Shown one piece after another: positions 27,982 to 38,803 of a stretch of DNA of 64,000 bases. The translations under genes and the position numbers were made by a program. How positions within the stretch are numbered: position 1 is the stretch's first letter; each line of letters begins with the position of its first letter. Below the pieces are notes generated by a model. It made no database searches. It saw only the letters and a list, made by a program, of their open reading frames with translations, and was not told the DNA's origin. The DNA is from an uncultured Spirochaetota bacterium (GTDB lineage Bacteria > Spirochaetota > Spirochaetia > SZUA-6 > Fen-1364): the NCBI GenBank assembly GCA_963734545.1, contig CAVTHO010000009.1, positions 146,747 through 210,746 on the forward strand, read 5' to 3'.

Positions 27982-28700
27982 CGCTGGACATACTGGCATT
28001 CGGCGCGCATCCGGATGACGTGGAGCTGGCCGCGAGCGGTACCCTGATCAAGGCGGGACGCGGCGGCGCGAAAACGGGCGTGATCACCCTCACCCGCGGA
28101 GAGATGGGCACGCGCGGCACTCCCGCCGCGCGGGCGGCTGAGTTCGAGGCGGCAGGTGACGCGATGGGTCTCACTCATCGGGAAATGCTCTCCCTGCCGG
28201 ACGGCAGGCTGGCCCCGGACCAGGGGGCAAAGGAAGCCGTGGTTCGGGAGATCAGGGAGCATCGGCCGCGCATCGTCCTTCTGCCCTATTGGGAGGACAG
28301 GCATCCCGATCACGGCGCCGCTTCACGCATCATCCAGGAGGCGGCATTCCTGGCGGGACTTCGCAAGCTGGAAACCGGCCAGGAGCCGCACCGCCCGTCC
28401 GAGCTTGTCTACTACATGGCCAGCTGGGAGTTCGAGCCGAGCTTTATCGTCGATATCAGCGACGTGATCGAGGACAAGATCAAGGCGATCCAGGCATACG
28501 GCACGCAAGTGCACAATCCGGGCTACGCGGGGAACGAGCCGCCCACCTTCATCTCCAGCCAGCACTTCCAGGAGCTGCTCATGACCCGCATGGCCCACTA
28601 CGGACACCTCATCGGAAAGAAGTACGGGGAGCCCTTCCGCATCAAGGGTCTGATCGAGGTGAAAGACCTGCTGGAGTCTTTCGGAAGCCGGACGTTTTAG
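27978..28700 (+). CDS. bshB: LmbE-family N-acetylglucosaminyl-malate deacetylase
   Basis: LAFGAHPDDVELAASGT and HPDH zinc-binding motifs of the PIG-L/LmbE family. Its start overlaps the bshC stop (ATGA). Confidence 0.85.
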   Translation: MTLDILAFGAHPDDVELAASGTLIKAGRGGAKTGVITLTRGEMGTRGTPAARAAEFEAAGDAMGLTHREMLSLPDGRLAPDQGAKEAVVREIREHRPRIVLLPYWEDRHPDHGAASRIIQEAAFLAGLRKLETGQEPHRPSELVYYMASWEFEPSFIVDISDVIEDKIKAIQAYGTQVHNPGYAGNEPPTFISSQHFQELLMTRMAHYGHLIGKKYGEPFRIKGLIEVKDLLESFGSRTF

Positions 28701-28987
28701 CTCTCCCCTTGCGATGCAGGGGATTGCCTGGTAATGCGCCCCTCTTAATCGTGGATAACAGTCACCGTGGTGTAGCGAGTCGCCGAGCCAAAGCTATGAC
28801 TTACCGCACACTCGCTCTGAGTAATGAAGTGTACTTTCTTCACTTCGGCGAGAAGCTGATTCAATGCGGTTTCAAGTGCCACGGAACGGCCTCCTCCGGG
28901 CTTCGGAGATCAAGCAGCTTCTCATAGTAGAACCACGCGCAGGGAATGCAAGGCCCAATCGGGTGGATGTACAACTCGGCTCGCCGC

Positions 28988-31930
28988 CTAATGGCCCGTT
29001 GGCCCTGAAGGCTTATCTGCGCCTTGCTTCAGAATGATGGTCGCACCCCCTGGCACACCCGACGTCTGCTTTAATTCGATGGAAGCGCCGTTTTCTAGAA
29101 TCTTGATTACCCTCTGCTCCTGGACCACGCGGAACTCAACCGACCGGCTTTCTCCTCCCGTGAGCGCGAGATCGAAAGACTCGGGCTCAATTCTATGGTA
29201 GCTCGGAAGCTGTCCCCCTGCGATACGAAGCACATAGTTTCCCGGTCGCACATCCTGGAAGCTGAAATCCCCATTGGGGCTCGTCAGCTTTCGCCGAATC
29301 TCGGCACCGTTGGCTATTTCGATGATCACGTTTCCGAGGCCCCCGAGTCGTGCGCGATTGGTTTCCCCTGATTCTGCGCCCGATCCTTTCTGATCCAACG
29401 GAAGGTAGGCGCCGGCCTCGTCCGGGAACCCGTACACGCCGACGTTCCCCGTGACCGAGCAACTCTTGATCATCCCTATGGCGAGGGAAATCGTCGACCC
29501 GCTCGGTGCCGTCACCGCCAGAGGCATCGGTTCCACTGGCACCATACCGGGTCTTACGGTCGCCAAATCCACGTGGACGTACTTGGTTCCCGATTGGGGA
29601 AGGTAGAACGTGAACCGTCCCTTCGCATCGCTGAGCGCCGCAAGGCCGTCCAGACGGAGCAGGACCCCTGGCATGGGCTCATCAGTCGAGGCGTTGTACA
29701 CGCGACCCGTTACAGTTGCCGTATCCGGCTTTCGGCTGATCGGCAGATCGAATGGCACCCCATAAGTGAGTTGCAGAGAATAATAGGGCGTCCAGGACTC
29801 CGGATCATAGGTGAGTCCGACATCAAGCTGCGCCGTGAGAGTAGTGCCCCATGAGAAGGCAGTCGTGAGTTTGGCTCCGACGGACGCCAGAAGCTCGGTG
29901 AAACCCGCCTGGCTGAAAATGTAGCTGTTGCCGGCCTTTGCTTCCAGCTGGGTTTTCGCTTTCGAGTATCGAGCGTCCACCTGCCAGCCCGCAACATGTG
30001 AAGCATTCCCGTTTGAATCCAGCCTGCCGTTGTAGAGGAGCGAAGCGGCATACCATGCCGTATCGGCTGGTTGAAACTCGAAAGAGAGGTTGTGCTGTTG
30101 CTCCAGGGACGAAACCCCATTTGCTTTATCGAACTCGAAGCCTGCCGAGGACGCAAGGCCGATGGCGAACGGCTTGAGGGGCTGGCGCAGCGAGAGTCGG
30201 AAGATGTTTTGCCAGGAGTCATATCTCGGCGCGGGAAGCCTGTCTATGCGTCGCCAGTTTTCCCAGTCCAGCCTGAGCCGCATGCCCCACCGTGGTATTT
30301 CTCCCTCCGCGCCCAGAGAGATCTCCATGGTCCGATCTGCCGACAGTTGCGCAGGATCAAGGAGCAGGTTGGCATCAGCCATCGAGAAGCCGCCGTGCAG
30401 GGTGAGGAAGGGGGGCAGGACGCGCACGTGGACGAGCGTACGCAGGGATTGTGTGTCGCTGAACGTTCCCTGAAAACCAGGCCATGCCCTGACGAATCGC
30501 GCGGTCCAGGAAACAGGTTCGAGATTGCCCTGGGACCATGCAAAGACCGCCGGGCGGAGGCTGCCGGAAGTATCGTCCTGGATCGCCGTGTCAAGCTGAA
30601 ACTGGAGGTTCTCCGTCGGATTGTATTGCTGCATCAGGCCGAAGGAAATGCTGTCCGTAATCGGCGAGAAGGCGCTCAGCCCCGCGCGGTACACCACGTC
30701 GTCCCATTGCCCCGATCGGGGAATCGTGAAGTCAGCGGTCCCGCCTATCGCCTGCGCCCCCTGCGGCGACCAGACGTCCTTGTAGTACAGGCCGCCGAAA
30801 CGAAACGGGGAGAGGTTCACCATGCCCCGGATTCCCCGGCCGAACACGTCCTCAGCGAGCAGCGGAGAGATCGCGTAGGGGAGATCCCCCAGCCCCAGCT
30901 CGCCGTAGCGACTCTCGTACTGGAAGCTGTAGCGGTCCGTCGGATTGAAGAGCGGATCAAAAGTGGTGTCGACCCGTTTGCGAAGCTCCAGATCGACTCT
31001 GTGCTCGCCGGCCTCGTCTATGGTGCCATGAGCTTTCACGGATTCCTCGAGACCCGCGGTCAGCTTCTGGTCATAGCCGCTTAAAATTGTCGTCTCGGTG
31101 AAAAACGGCACCGCGTGCGAGAGGATCCTGGCGTCGACCGAAAGTGGGACGACCTCGACAGAGCTTGCGGCAATTGCCAGCGGTGCGCCTGGTCCCGTGG
31201 CTCCAGCTTCCTCAGCCGGATGTAGGCGCACGGTGACCTGGAGGGGGTGGAGCACAGACGTGACCAGCAGCGGGTCCGTACGCACCGCGATGCTGAACAC
31301 TTTTACATCACCGGCAGGCACGATCGTCCCCGCCGCGCCCCCAAGACCGCTGATCTTGAACGGGAACAGGGACCCGCTCGTCACGTCAACCTCGACCTCA
31401 ACGTCCGTGTTCCCGGTGTTGGAAATAACAAAGGATGTCGTGTATTCCTTGCCGGCAATCACGAAAGAGGGGCGTTCCAGGAGCTTCAAATCGAGGGCAA
31501 CCTCGGGCAGGACACGTACTTTGAGGTCGCACCCCGCGCTGAGCGTCGGGTCGTCGAGGTCTTTCACCCGGTACGCAACGACGTACTCTGCGGCGGCGGC
31601 ACGAGACGGAACGAGGAAAGAGACCACGTGAAGGTCGGTCGCCGAAGGCGCCAGGACGAACGGTCCCTCCTGCGTGAGCGCCTTCCAGCCGGGAGGAAGC
31701 GAAGGCTCGAGAATCAGCGTGCGGGCCTGCGGGCCGCTGTTTGATACGGACAGCGCGAAGGTGACTGCCTGCCGGGTATGAACCTCGAGAAGATCCACCC
31801 CTGTCGTCCTCACGGTGACCGGCAGATTCTCCGCACCGGCCGTGGTTGCGACTGCCAGCAGGAGAATCGGGATAAGGCGGCGGAGCACCTTACTGCTTGA
31901 GCACGAGGGTAACGTTGGCGCCGAATACAT
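28988..31930 (-). CDS. Large secreted/outer-membrane protein with three regions; candidate usher-like component
   Basis: N-terminal CARDB/NEW3-like beta-sandwich region. Central ~450-aa amphipathic beta-strand (barrel-like) region. Two C-terminal carboxypeptidase-regulatory-like domains (TGRVYNASTDEPMPGVLLRLDG...AKGRFTF; NGDFSFQDVRPGNYVLRIAGG). The GTG at ~31888 gives an ideal signal peptide (VLRRLIPILLLAVATTAGA/ENLP). Confidence 0.6.
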   Translation of the reverse strand: MYSAPTLPSCSSSKVLRRLIPILLLAVATTAGAENLPVTVRTTGVDLLEVHTRQAVTFALSVSNSGPQARTLILEPSLPPGWKALTQEGPFVLAPSATDLHVVSFLVPSRAAAAEYVVAYRVKDLDDPTLSAGCDLKVRVLPEVALDLKLLERPSFVIAGKEYTTSFVISNTGNTDVEVEVDVTSGSLFPFKISGLGGAAGTIVPAGDVKVFSIAVRTDPLLVTSVLHPLQVTVRLHPAEEAGATGPGAPLAIAASSVEVVPLSVDARILSHAVPFFTETTILSGYDQKLTAGLEESVKAHGTIDEAGEHRVDLELRKRVDTTFDPLFNPTDRYSFQYESRYGELGLGDLPYAISPLLAEDVFGRGIRGMVNLSPFRFGGLYYKDVWSPQGAQAIGGTADFTIPRSGQWDDVVYRAGLSAFSPITDSISFGLMQQYNPTENLQFQLDTAIQDDTSGSLRPAVFAWSQGNLEPVSWTARFVRAWPGFQGTFSDTQSLRTLVHVRVLPPFLTLHGGFSMADANLLLDPAQLSADRTMEISLGAEGEIPRWGMRLRLDWENWRRIDRLPAPRYDSWQNIFRLSLRQPLKPFAIGLASSAGFEFDKANGVSSLEQQHNLSFEFQPADTAWYAASLLYNGRLDSNGNASHVAGWQVDARYSKAKTQLEAKAGNSYIFSQAGFTELLASVGAKLTTAFSWGTTLTAQLDVGLTYDPESWTPYYSLQLTYGVPFDLPISRKPDTATVTGRVYNASTDEPMPGVLLRLDGLAALSDAKGRFTFYLPQSGTKYVHVDLATVRPGMVPVEPMPLAVTAPSGSTISLAIGMIKSCSVTGNVGVYGFPDEAGAYLPLDQKGSGAESGETNRARLGGLGNVIIEIANGAEIRRKLTSPNGDFSFQDVRPGNYVLRIAGGQLPSYHRIEPESFDLALTGGESRSVEFRVVQEQRVIKILENGASIELKQTSGVPGGATIILKQGADKPSGPTGH

Positions 31931-32699
31931 CCTCGTCCCCGCAATCGACGACGATCAGGGCTTTGTAGGAAGGATCCTGGACACCGATCAGATCCACCGT
32001 GAACCGCACCGAGGTCCCCGGATACATCCTCTGTTTCCCGCCGTCGAACTTGCCGACTTTGGTCCCCCTGGAATCGTAGAGCTCGGCCCACAGAGTGCCG
32101 CGCAGCCATCGCTCACCCGTGTTTTGCACGTCGACGAGGAGTAGTCTCTTTTCTTTTTCGCTGACCAGACTGATCTGGCTGAACTTCAAGAGCCGGGTGC
32201 CGGTGGCACCTATGTGGGTCACGATCTGGACCGCGTAGCGCAGCACCTGGCTCACCCCCACGCCGGTGTTCTTCGGCCCGGGCTGGCTGGACTCCGCGGA
32301 CCCTTCCGGGACGGGCTCCACCATGACAACGCTCCAATAGGTCCCGGCCAGCGTTGCATCATTCGGCACCTGGACGCTGAAGTGCAGCGACACGGTCTCA
32401 TTCGGCGGGATCGTAACCTGCTGGGGAGACAGCGTCATCCAGCGGGCATTGGACCTCGGGAGCGCGCCGGGATCTCCGTAGAGCACCTTCCCATCCGCAT
32501 AAAAGAAATAGTCGGTCTGGTAGGTCTTGATCTCCTGCGGCGTTTTCTCGGGATTCTTTACATCGATGGAGCCTTCATAGGTGCGTCCCGGCGCCACCTC
32601 GTACTCACGAGTGAGCGATCCTGTAACGATGATCCCCGCGTAACACGCAAGCGGCGCAGCGAGCAAACCAACCATGACGGCAACGATGCGAACGTTCAT
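31890..32699 (-). CDS. Secreted ~270-aa protein; candidate PapD-like periplasmic chaperone
   Basis: Signal peptide MNVRIVAVMVGLLAAPLACYAG and a GGAGG RBS. Segments RWMTLSPQQVTIPPNETVSLHF and GTYWSVVMVEPVP resemble the PapD N-domain motifs (PPlfrl..tlRi; lfwlNvkeIPp). Call is tentative. Confidence 0.45.
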   Translation of the reverse strand: MNVRIVAVMVGLLAAPLACYAGIIVTGSLTREYEVAPGRTYEGSIDVKNPEKTPQEIKTYQTDYFFYADGKVLYGDPGALPRSNARWMTLSPQQVTIPPNETVSLHFSVQVPNDATLAGTYWSVVMVEPVPEGSAESSQPGPKNTGVGVSQVLRYAVQIVTHIGATGTRLLKFSQISLVSEKEKRLLLVDVQNTGERWLRGTLWAELYDSRGTKVGKFDGGKQRMYPGTSVRFTVDLIGVQDPSYKALIVVDCGDEDVFGANVTLVLKQ

Positions 32700-32717
32700 A
32701 TTCCTCCGGCTCATCTG

Positions 32718-33263
32718 TCAGAACTCCGTCACGGTGTACGTGACGCTCGTTACATCGCTGGGCGTCACCAGATTGGGAGCAGACACGCCACGAATCTGAA
32801 GCTGGCATCGGATGTTTCTCACTGCTGTTCGGGTGTTGCAGCGGAAAAGCTCCGTGGGGACGTTCGTGACCTGCTGATAGACATTCAAGGGTCCGACGAG
32901 GTTGCCCGCGGGGGTGCCATTGTTGGTACGCCGGATCCACAATTGCAGGTTGGCGCCCCAGGTGGCGGTATAGGTCCTGCTGACAGTGACTACCCACCCC
33001 GTCATCCCGCCCGTGAATGGAGCGTTCACTCGCAAAACAGTCTGGTTGGCCGCACTGGTGTAGGTGGTTGTGGTAAAATCTCTTCCCGCTGCCGGAACCG
33101 GTGAGGGCGCGGCCGGGATGGTGACCGTCCAACCGCCGGCGCCGGTCGAGATCACCAAGGCCAGCGGGACGGCGGGCTCTGCGACAACAAGCAAAAACAG
33201 CAGATTGAGAACTAGGCTCCCCGCTCGAACCGGCTGTGGAAGGGATGAAAAAAAATCGCGCAT
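32718..33263 (-). CDS. Small secreted Thr/Val-rich protein (181 aa); candidate minor fibre subunit
   Basis: Hydrophobic N-terminal signal-like region; two Cys (CNTRTAVRNIRC). It follows the attenuator and lies 3 nt upstream of the next gene. Confidence 0.45.
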   Translation of the reverse strand: MRDFFSSLPQPVRAGSLVLNLLFLLVVAEPAVPLALVISTGAGGWTVTIPAAPSPVPAAGRDFTTTTYTSAANQTVLRVNAPFTGGMTGWVVTVSRTYTATWGANLQLWIRRTNNGTPAGNLVGPLNVYQQVTNVPTELFRCNTRTAVRNIRCQLQIRGVSAPNLVTPSDVTSVTYTVTEF

Positions 33264-33264
33264 G

Positions 33265-33312
33265 CGAAAAAAAACGGAGAGGGCCGGATCGAGGCATTAC
33301 GCCTCTCCACTA
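33265..33312 (-). terminator. Intrinsic terminator/attenuator between the first and second genes of the secreted-protein operon
   Basis: On the minus-strand RNA, GGAGAGG-[loop]-CCUCUCC forms a hairpin immediately followed by U8. Confidence 0.55.
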
Positions 33313-33338
33313 GCCCTTCCGTCCTTTCAGTGGTCGGC

Positions 33339-33878
33339 CTAGCTGGCGTCGGTCAATGTGAAGGTCACGGTGACCAGGTGGTTGTCGCCCACAGCGAGGT
33401 TCGCGACAGTATCCACTTGCAAGGTGTACGTCAGCTGCGCTCCATTGGCAGCCTGGCCGGTGACGCAGCTCGGAATCGCCGTGACGATGTTCAGCGCAGC
33501 CGCGCCAATCGTGACAGCTGCACCCGCAGTCCCGCAACCGCCGGTGACCGAGGTCGCCTGCACGTGCAGAGAGGTGCCGGCAGGCGCGGCATCAGCGCCA
33601 CCCCACTGCACGGAAATGTTCCTGTTGGTTCCGGTGGCATTTACCGTGGTATACCACAGATATTTGCTGTTGTCCGTTTGGCCGACAGGGGCCAGTCCTC
33701 CTGCTGCCGGAGCCTGCACGCTCAAAGTGACCGTGGCAACGTTGTTAAGGCTCATCATGACGATTTCAGGCACATTCAGCTGAACCGAATGGGCTGCCGA
33801 GCTGGTTGCGGCAAACGCGCCGGCACCTACAAACAGACAAAGAGCGGCAATTAATAGAGTTTTTCTAATGAAGTTCAT
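33339..33878 (-). CDS. Small secreted Thr/Val/Ala-rich protein (179 aa); candidate major fibre (pilin-like) subunit
   Basis: Strong RBS AAGGAGGACGAAAAATG. Signal peptide MNFIRKTLLIAALCLFVGAGAFA/ATSS. Two Cys in the mature part. It is the first gene of the operon and is followed by the attenuator. Confidence 0.55.
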   Translation of the reverse strand: MNFIRKTLLIAALCLFVGAGAFAATSSAAHSVQLNVPEIVMMSLNNVATVTLSVQAPAAGGLAPVGQTDNSKYLWYTTVNATGTNRNISVQWGGADAAPAGTSLHVQATSVTGGCGTAGAAVTIGAAALNIVTAIPSCVTGQAANGAQLTYTLQVDTVANLAVGDNHLVTVTFTLTDAS

Positions 33879-33994
33879 TTTTCGTCCTCCTTGCTTCTCA
33901 GAACCGGAACGCGTGTTCGCTCACCCGGCCTCTACAAGGAGTATAGTCTCCGCTTTCGCGTAATTCCAGAAAAAGCCCTGCTATTTTCGCCTAT

Positions 33995-34300
33995 CTAGCT
34001 GTTCGTCGCCACCATGTCATAGTCGGTGAACACGACATCCCCGCCGACCAGCTCGGGAGAGTAGACCGATTCGAATCGTTTCACGGCCGCCGATTCACCG
34101 TGGGCCCTGTGCGCAGCCTCGTTGTCGAATATGAAGAAGTGCACGAAGCGTGTCGCATCTTCCTTTTGCTGCCACGCCACGTACAAGCGCGTGCCGGGTT
34201 CGTTGGCTTTCACGAAGCGGACAAACTCCTCGATTGACCTCTTCACCCTATCTACTGCTCGGGCGTTCACCCGGTATTCGGCGATTTGATAGATTGCCAT
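33995..34300 (-). CDS. Antibiotic-biosynthesis-monooxygenase (ABM/Dabb) fold protein
   Basis: ~100-aa ferredoxin-like protein: YVAWQQKEDATRFVHFFIFDNEAAHRAHGES. Confidence 0.6.
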   Translation of the reverse strand: MAIYQIAEYRVNARAVDRVKRSIEEFVRFVKANEPGTRLYVAWQQKEDATRFVHFFIFDNEAAHRAHGESAAVKRFESVYSPELVGGDVVFTDYDMVATNS

Positions 34301-34419
34301 GAGGCCCTCCTATGGGCCTCAAATATATGCAAGAGAATGCTTGCATGTCAAATTCGGCGAAAGCCGCGTGACGACGAACGGTGGACCTCCCCCCGGATCA
34401 GCCTGCGCGCTCCACTCCG

Positions 34420-35777
34420 CTACAGAGCGGCACCGTTTGAGGCGATCACCCTCTGATACCAGTTTGCGCTCTTTTTCCACGTGCGCGCCTGCGTATGAAA
34501 GTCGACGTGGGTAATCCCGAACCGTTTGCTGAACCCGTACGCCCATTCGAAGTTGTCCATCAGCGTCCAGAGAAAGTAGCCTTCCAGCCTCACCCCGTCA
34601 TTGATGGCCCGGTGGGCCTCGGAAAGGTGGGTGGATATGTAGTCGATCCTGTCGTCGTCCTGCACCTGCCCATCCACGACCAGATGGTCAGGAAAGGCAG
34701 CTCCGTTCTCCGTGATGACAATGACCGGGTCGTCATACTCCTTCTTCACCTGCATGAGGATATCGTACAGCCCTTCCGGAAACACCTCCCAGCCCATCTC
34801 CGTCCGCTCGCACTCTTTTCGGAGCGCATGTTGGTACCCGAGGAAGCCTCCCGCGTCGCTCGCGTACACCCTTTCGGGGAAGTAGTAGTTCAGGCCGATG
34901 AAATCAACGGGGTTCGTTTTCAACAGCTCGAAGTCCTGCCGCTCCGTGTGAGGAGCCACTTTGTTCCTGGTATACAGGCTCAAGATGTCGTCTGGATACG
35001 AGCCCTTCAGGACAGGGTCCAGAAACCAGCGATTGGTCTTGCCGTCCGCGAGCCGGGCCGCCTCGATGTCCGACACACCGTCGGTGAATGGATAGACCGG
35101 GTGAACGTCCAGGGCGATGCCGATCCGGTGCTTGCCGGGACTCAGCTGCCGATAGGCCTGTACGCCGAGGGAATGCGCGTGCAGGAGGATGTGCGACGCC
35201 TGCACCGCCGCGCCGAAGTCCTTCAGCCCCGGCGCATGGATTCCCATCTGCATGACCGGCGAACGAGGACACCTGGGGCTCGTTGAGCGTCATCCAGATT
35301 TTCACCCGGTCACCGAGCCGCATGAAGACCGATGCGGCATAGTCGGCAAACCAGCTTGCCGTGTCCCGATTGGTCCAGCCTCCCCTGTCCTGAAGTGACT
35401 GCGGCAAGTCCCAGTGATACAGGGTGGCGGCAGGTTCGATACGCGCCTCCAGCAGCGCGTCCACGAGGGTCTCGTAGAAATCCAATCCTCTTGGATTGTG
35501 CCTTCCGTTTCCCATCGGAAACACGCGCGGCCAGGAAATGGAGAACCGGTAGGACGCCGAGCCCGAGGTCCCGCATGTTCTCGATGTCGTCCCGCCACCT
35601 GTGGTAGTGATCGCAGGCAAGGACCCCGGTCTCCCCGGTCTCGATGGCGCCGGGCACCTGGCAGAAGCGGTCCCAGATCGACTCGCCCTTTCCATTCTCC
35701 CGTGCGGCGCCCTCGATCTGGTAGGCGGCAGTGGCTGCTCCCCAGAGAAACCCCGTCGGAAAACCGCTTGAAGGCAT
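34420..35777 (-). CDS. bglB: GH1 beta-glucosidase, spread over three frames (two apparent frameshifts near 35235 and 35580)
   Basis: [15 protein letters not shown]...[20 protein letters not shown]...WMTLNEP (acid/base), [11 protein letters not shown] (nucleophile), [14 protein letters not shown] lies 9 nt upstream of the ATG at 35777. Confidence 0.8.
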
Positions 35778-35916
35778 GGATTCATTATAGAAACGGCAGT
35801 CCGAGGTGTCAAACAACACTCCGGATTGCGGTGGACCATGCATATCATTAAACCGGTTTGACCGGGAGAGCATCCTTCCGTATCTTAGATTCAAAAGATA
35901 TTCTTCCGGAGCAAAC

Positions 35917-38482
<2,566 letters not shown>

Positions 38483-38496
<14 letters not shown>

Positions 38497-38803
38497 GCGG
38501 CCGGTCCAGCCTCCGGACCGCCGCTGCTGCCTCGAGGGGAACCTGGAAGACCTTGTGCGGCGATGCTCCGCCGAGCTTCAACACCACGCTGCCCGGCGGA
38601 ACGCCGAGGGCTTTTGCCAGGACCCTCGCGACCTCTCCATTCGCCCTGCCCTTTTCGGCAACCGCCCGGACCGAGACGTGGAGCTCCGCGCCGCGGACGC
38701 CGAGAACAGAGTCCTGCCGCGCCCCCGGCTTCGCCTTGACCTTCAGGGTCACGAAATCGGCGTGAATTGAATAGAAGCCTCCCGGATCAGCCAACGCGGT
38801 CAC
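38483..38803 (-). CDS. DUF167 (YggU/UPF0235) family protein
   Basis: [44 protein letters not shown] pattern. Confidence 0.6.

Noticed and set aside
28701-28987. 287-bp intergenic region between bshB and the 980-aa protein gene, with lower GC and a short hairpin (CCCCT-N8-AGGGG), considered as an ncRNA or terminator
   Set aside because: The hairpin is weak and has no T-tract. There is no conserved sRNA signature and no ORF with an RBS.
34326-34345. Palindrome ATGCAAG-N6-CTTGCAT between the GH1 stop and the ABM gene start
   Set aside because: A single short inverted repeat. It could be an operator or a terminator, and the evidence is too thin to call either.
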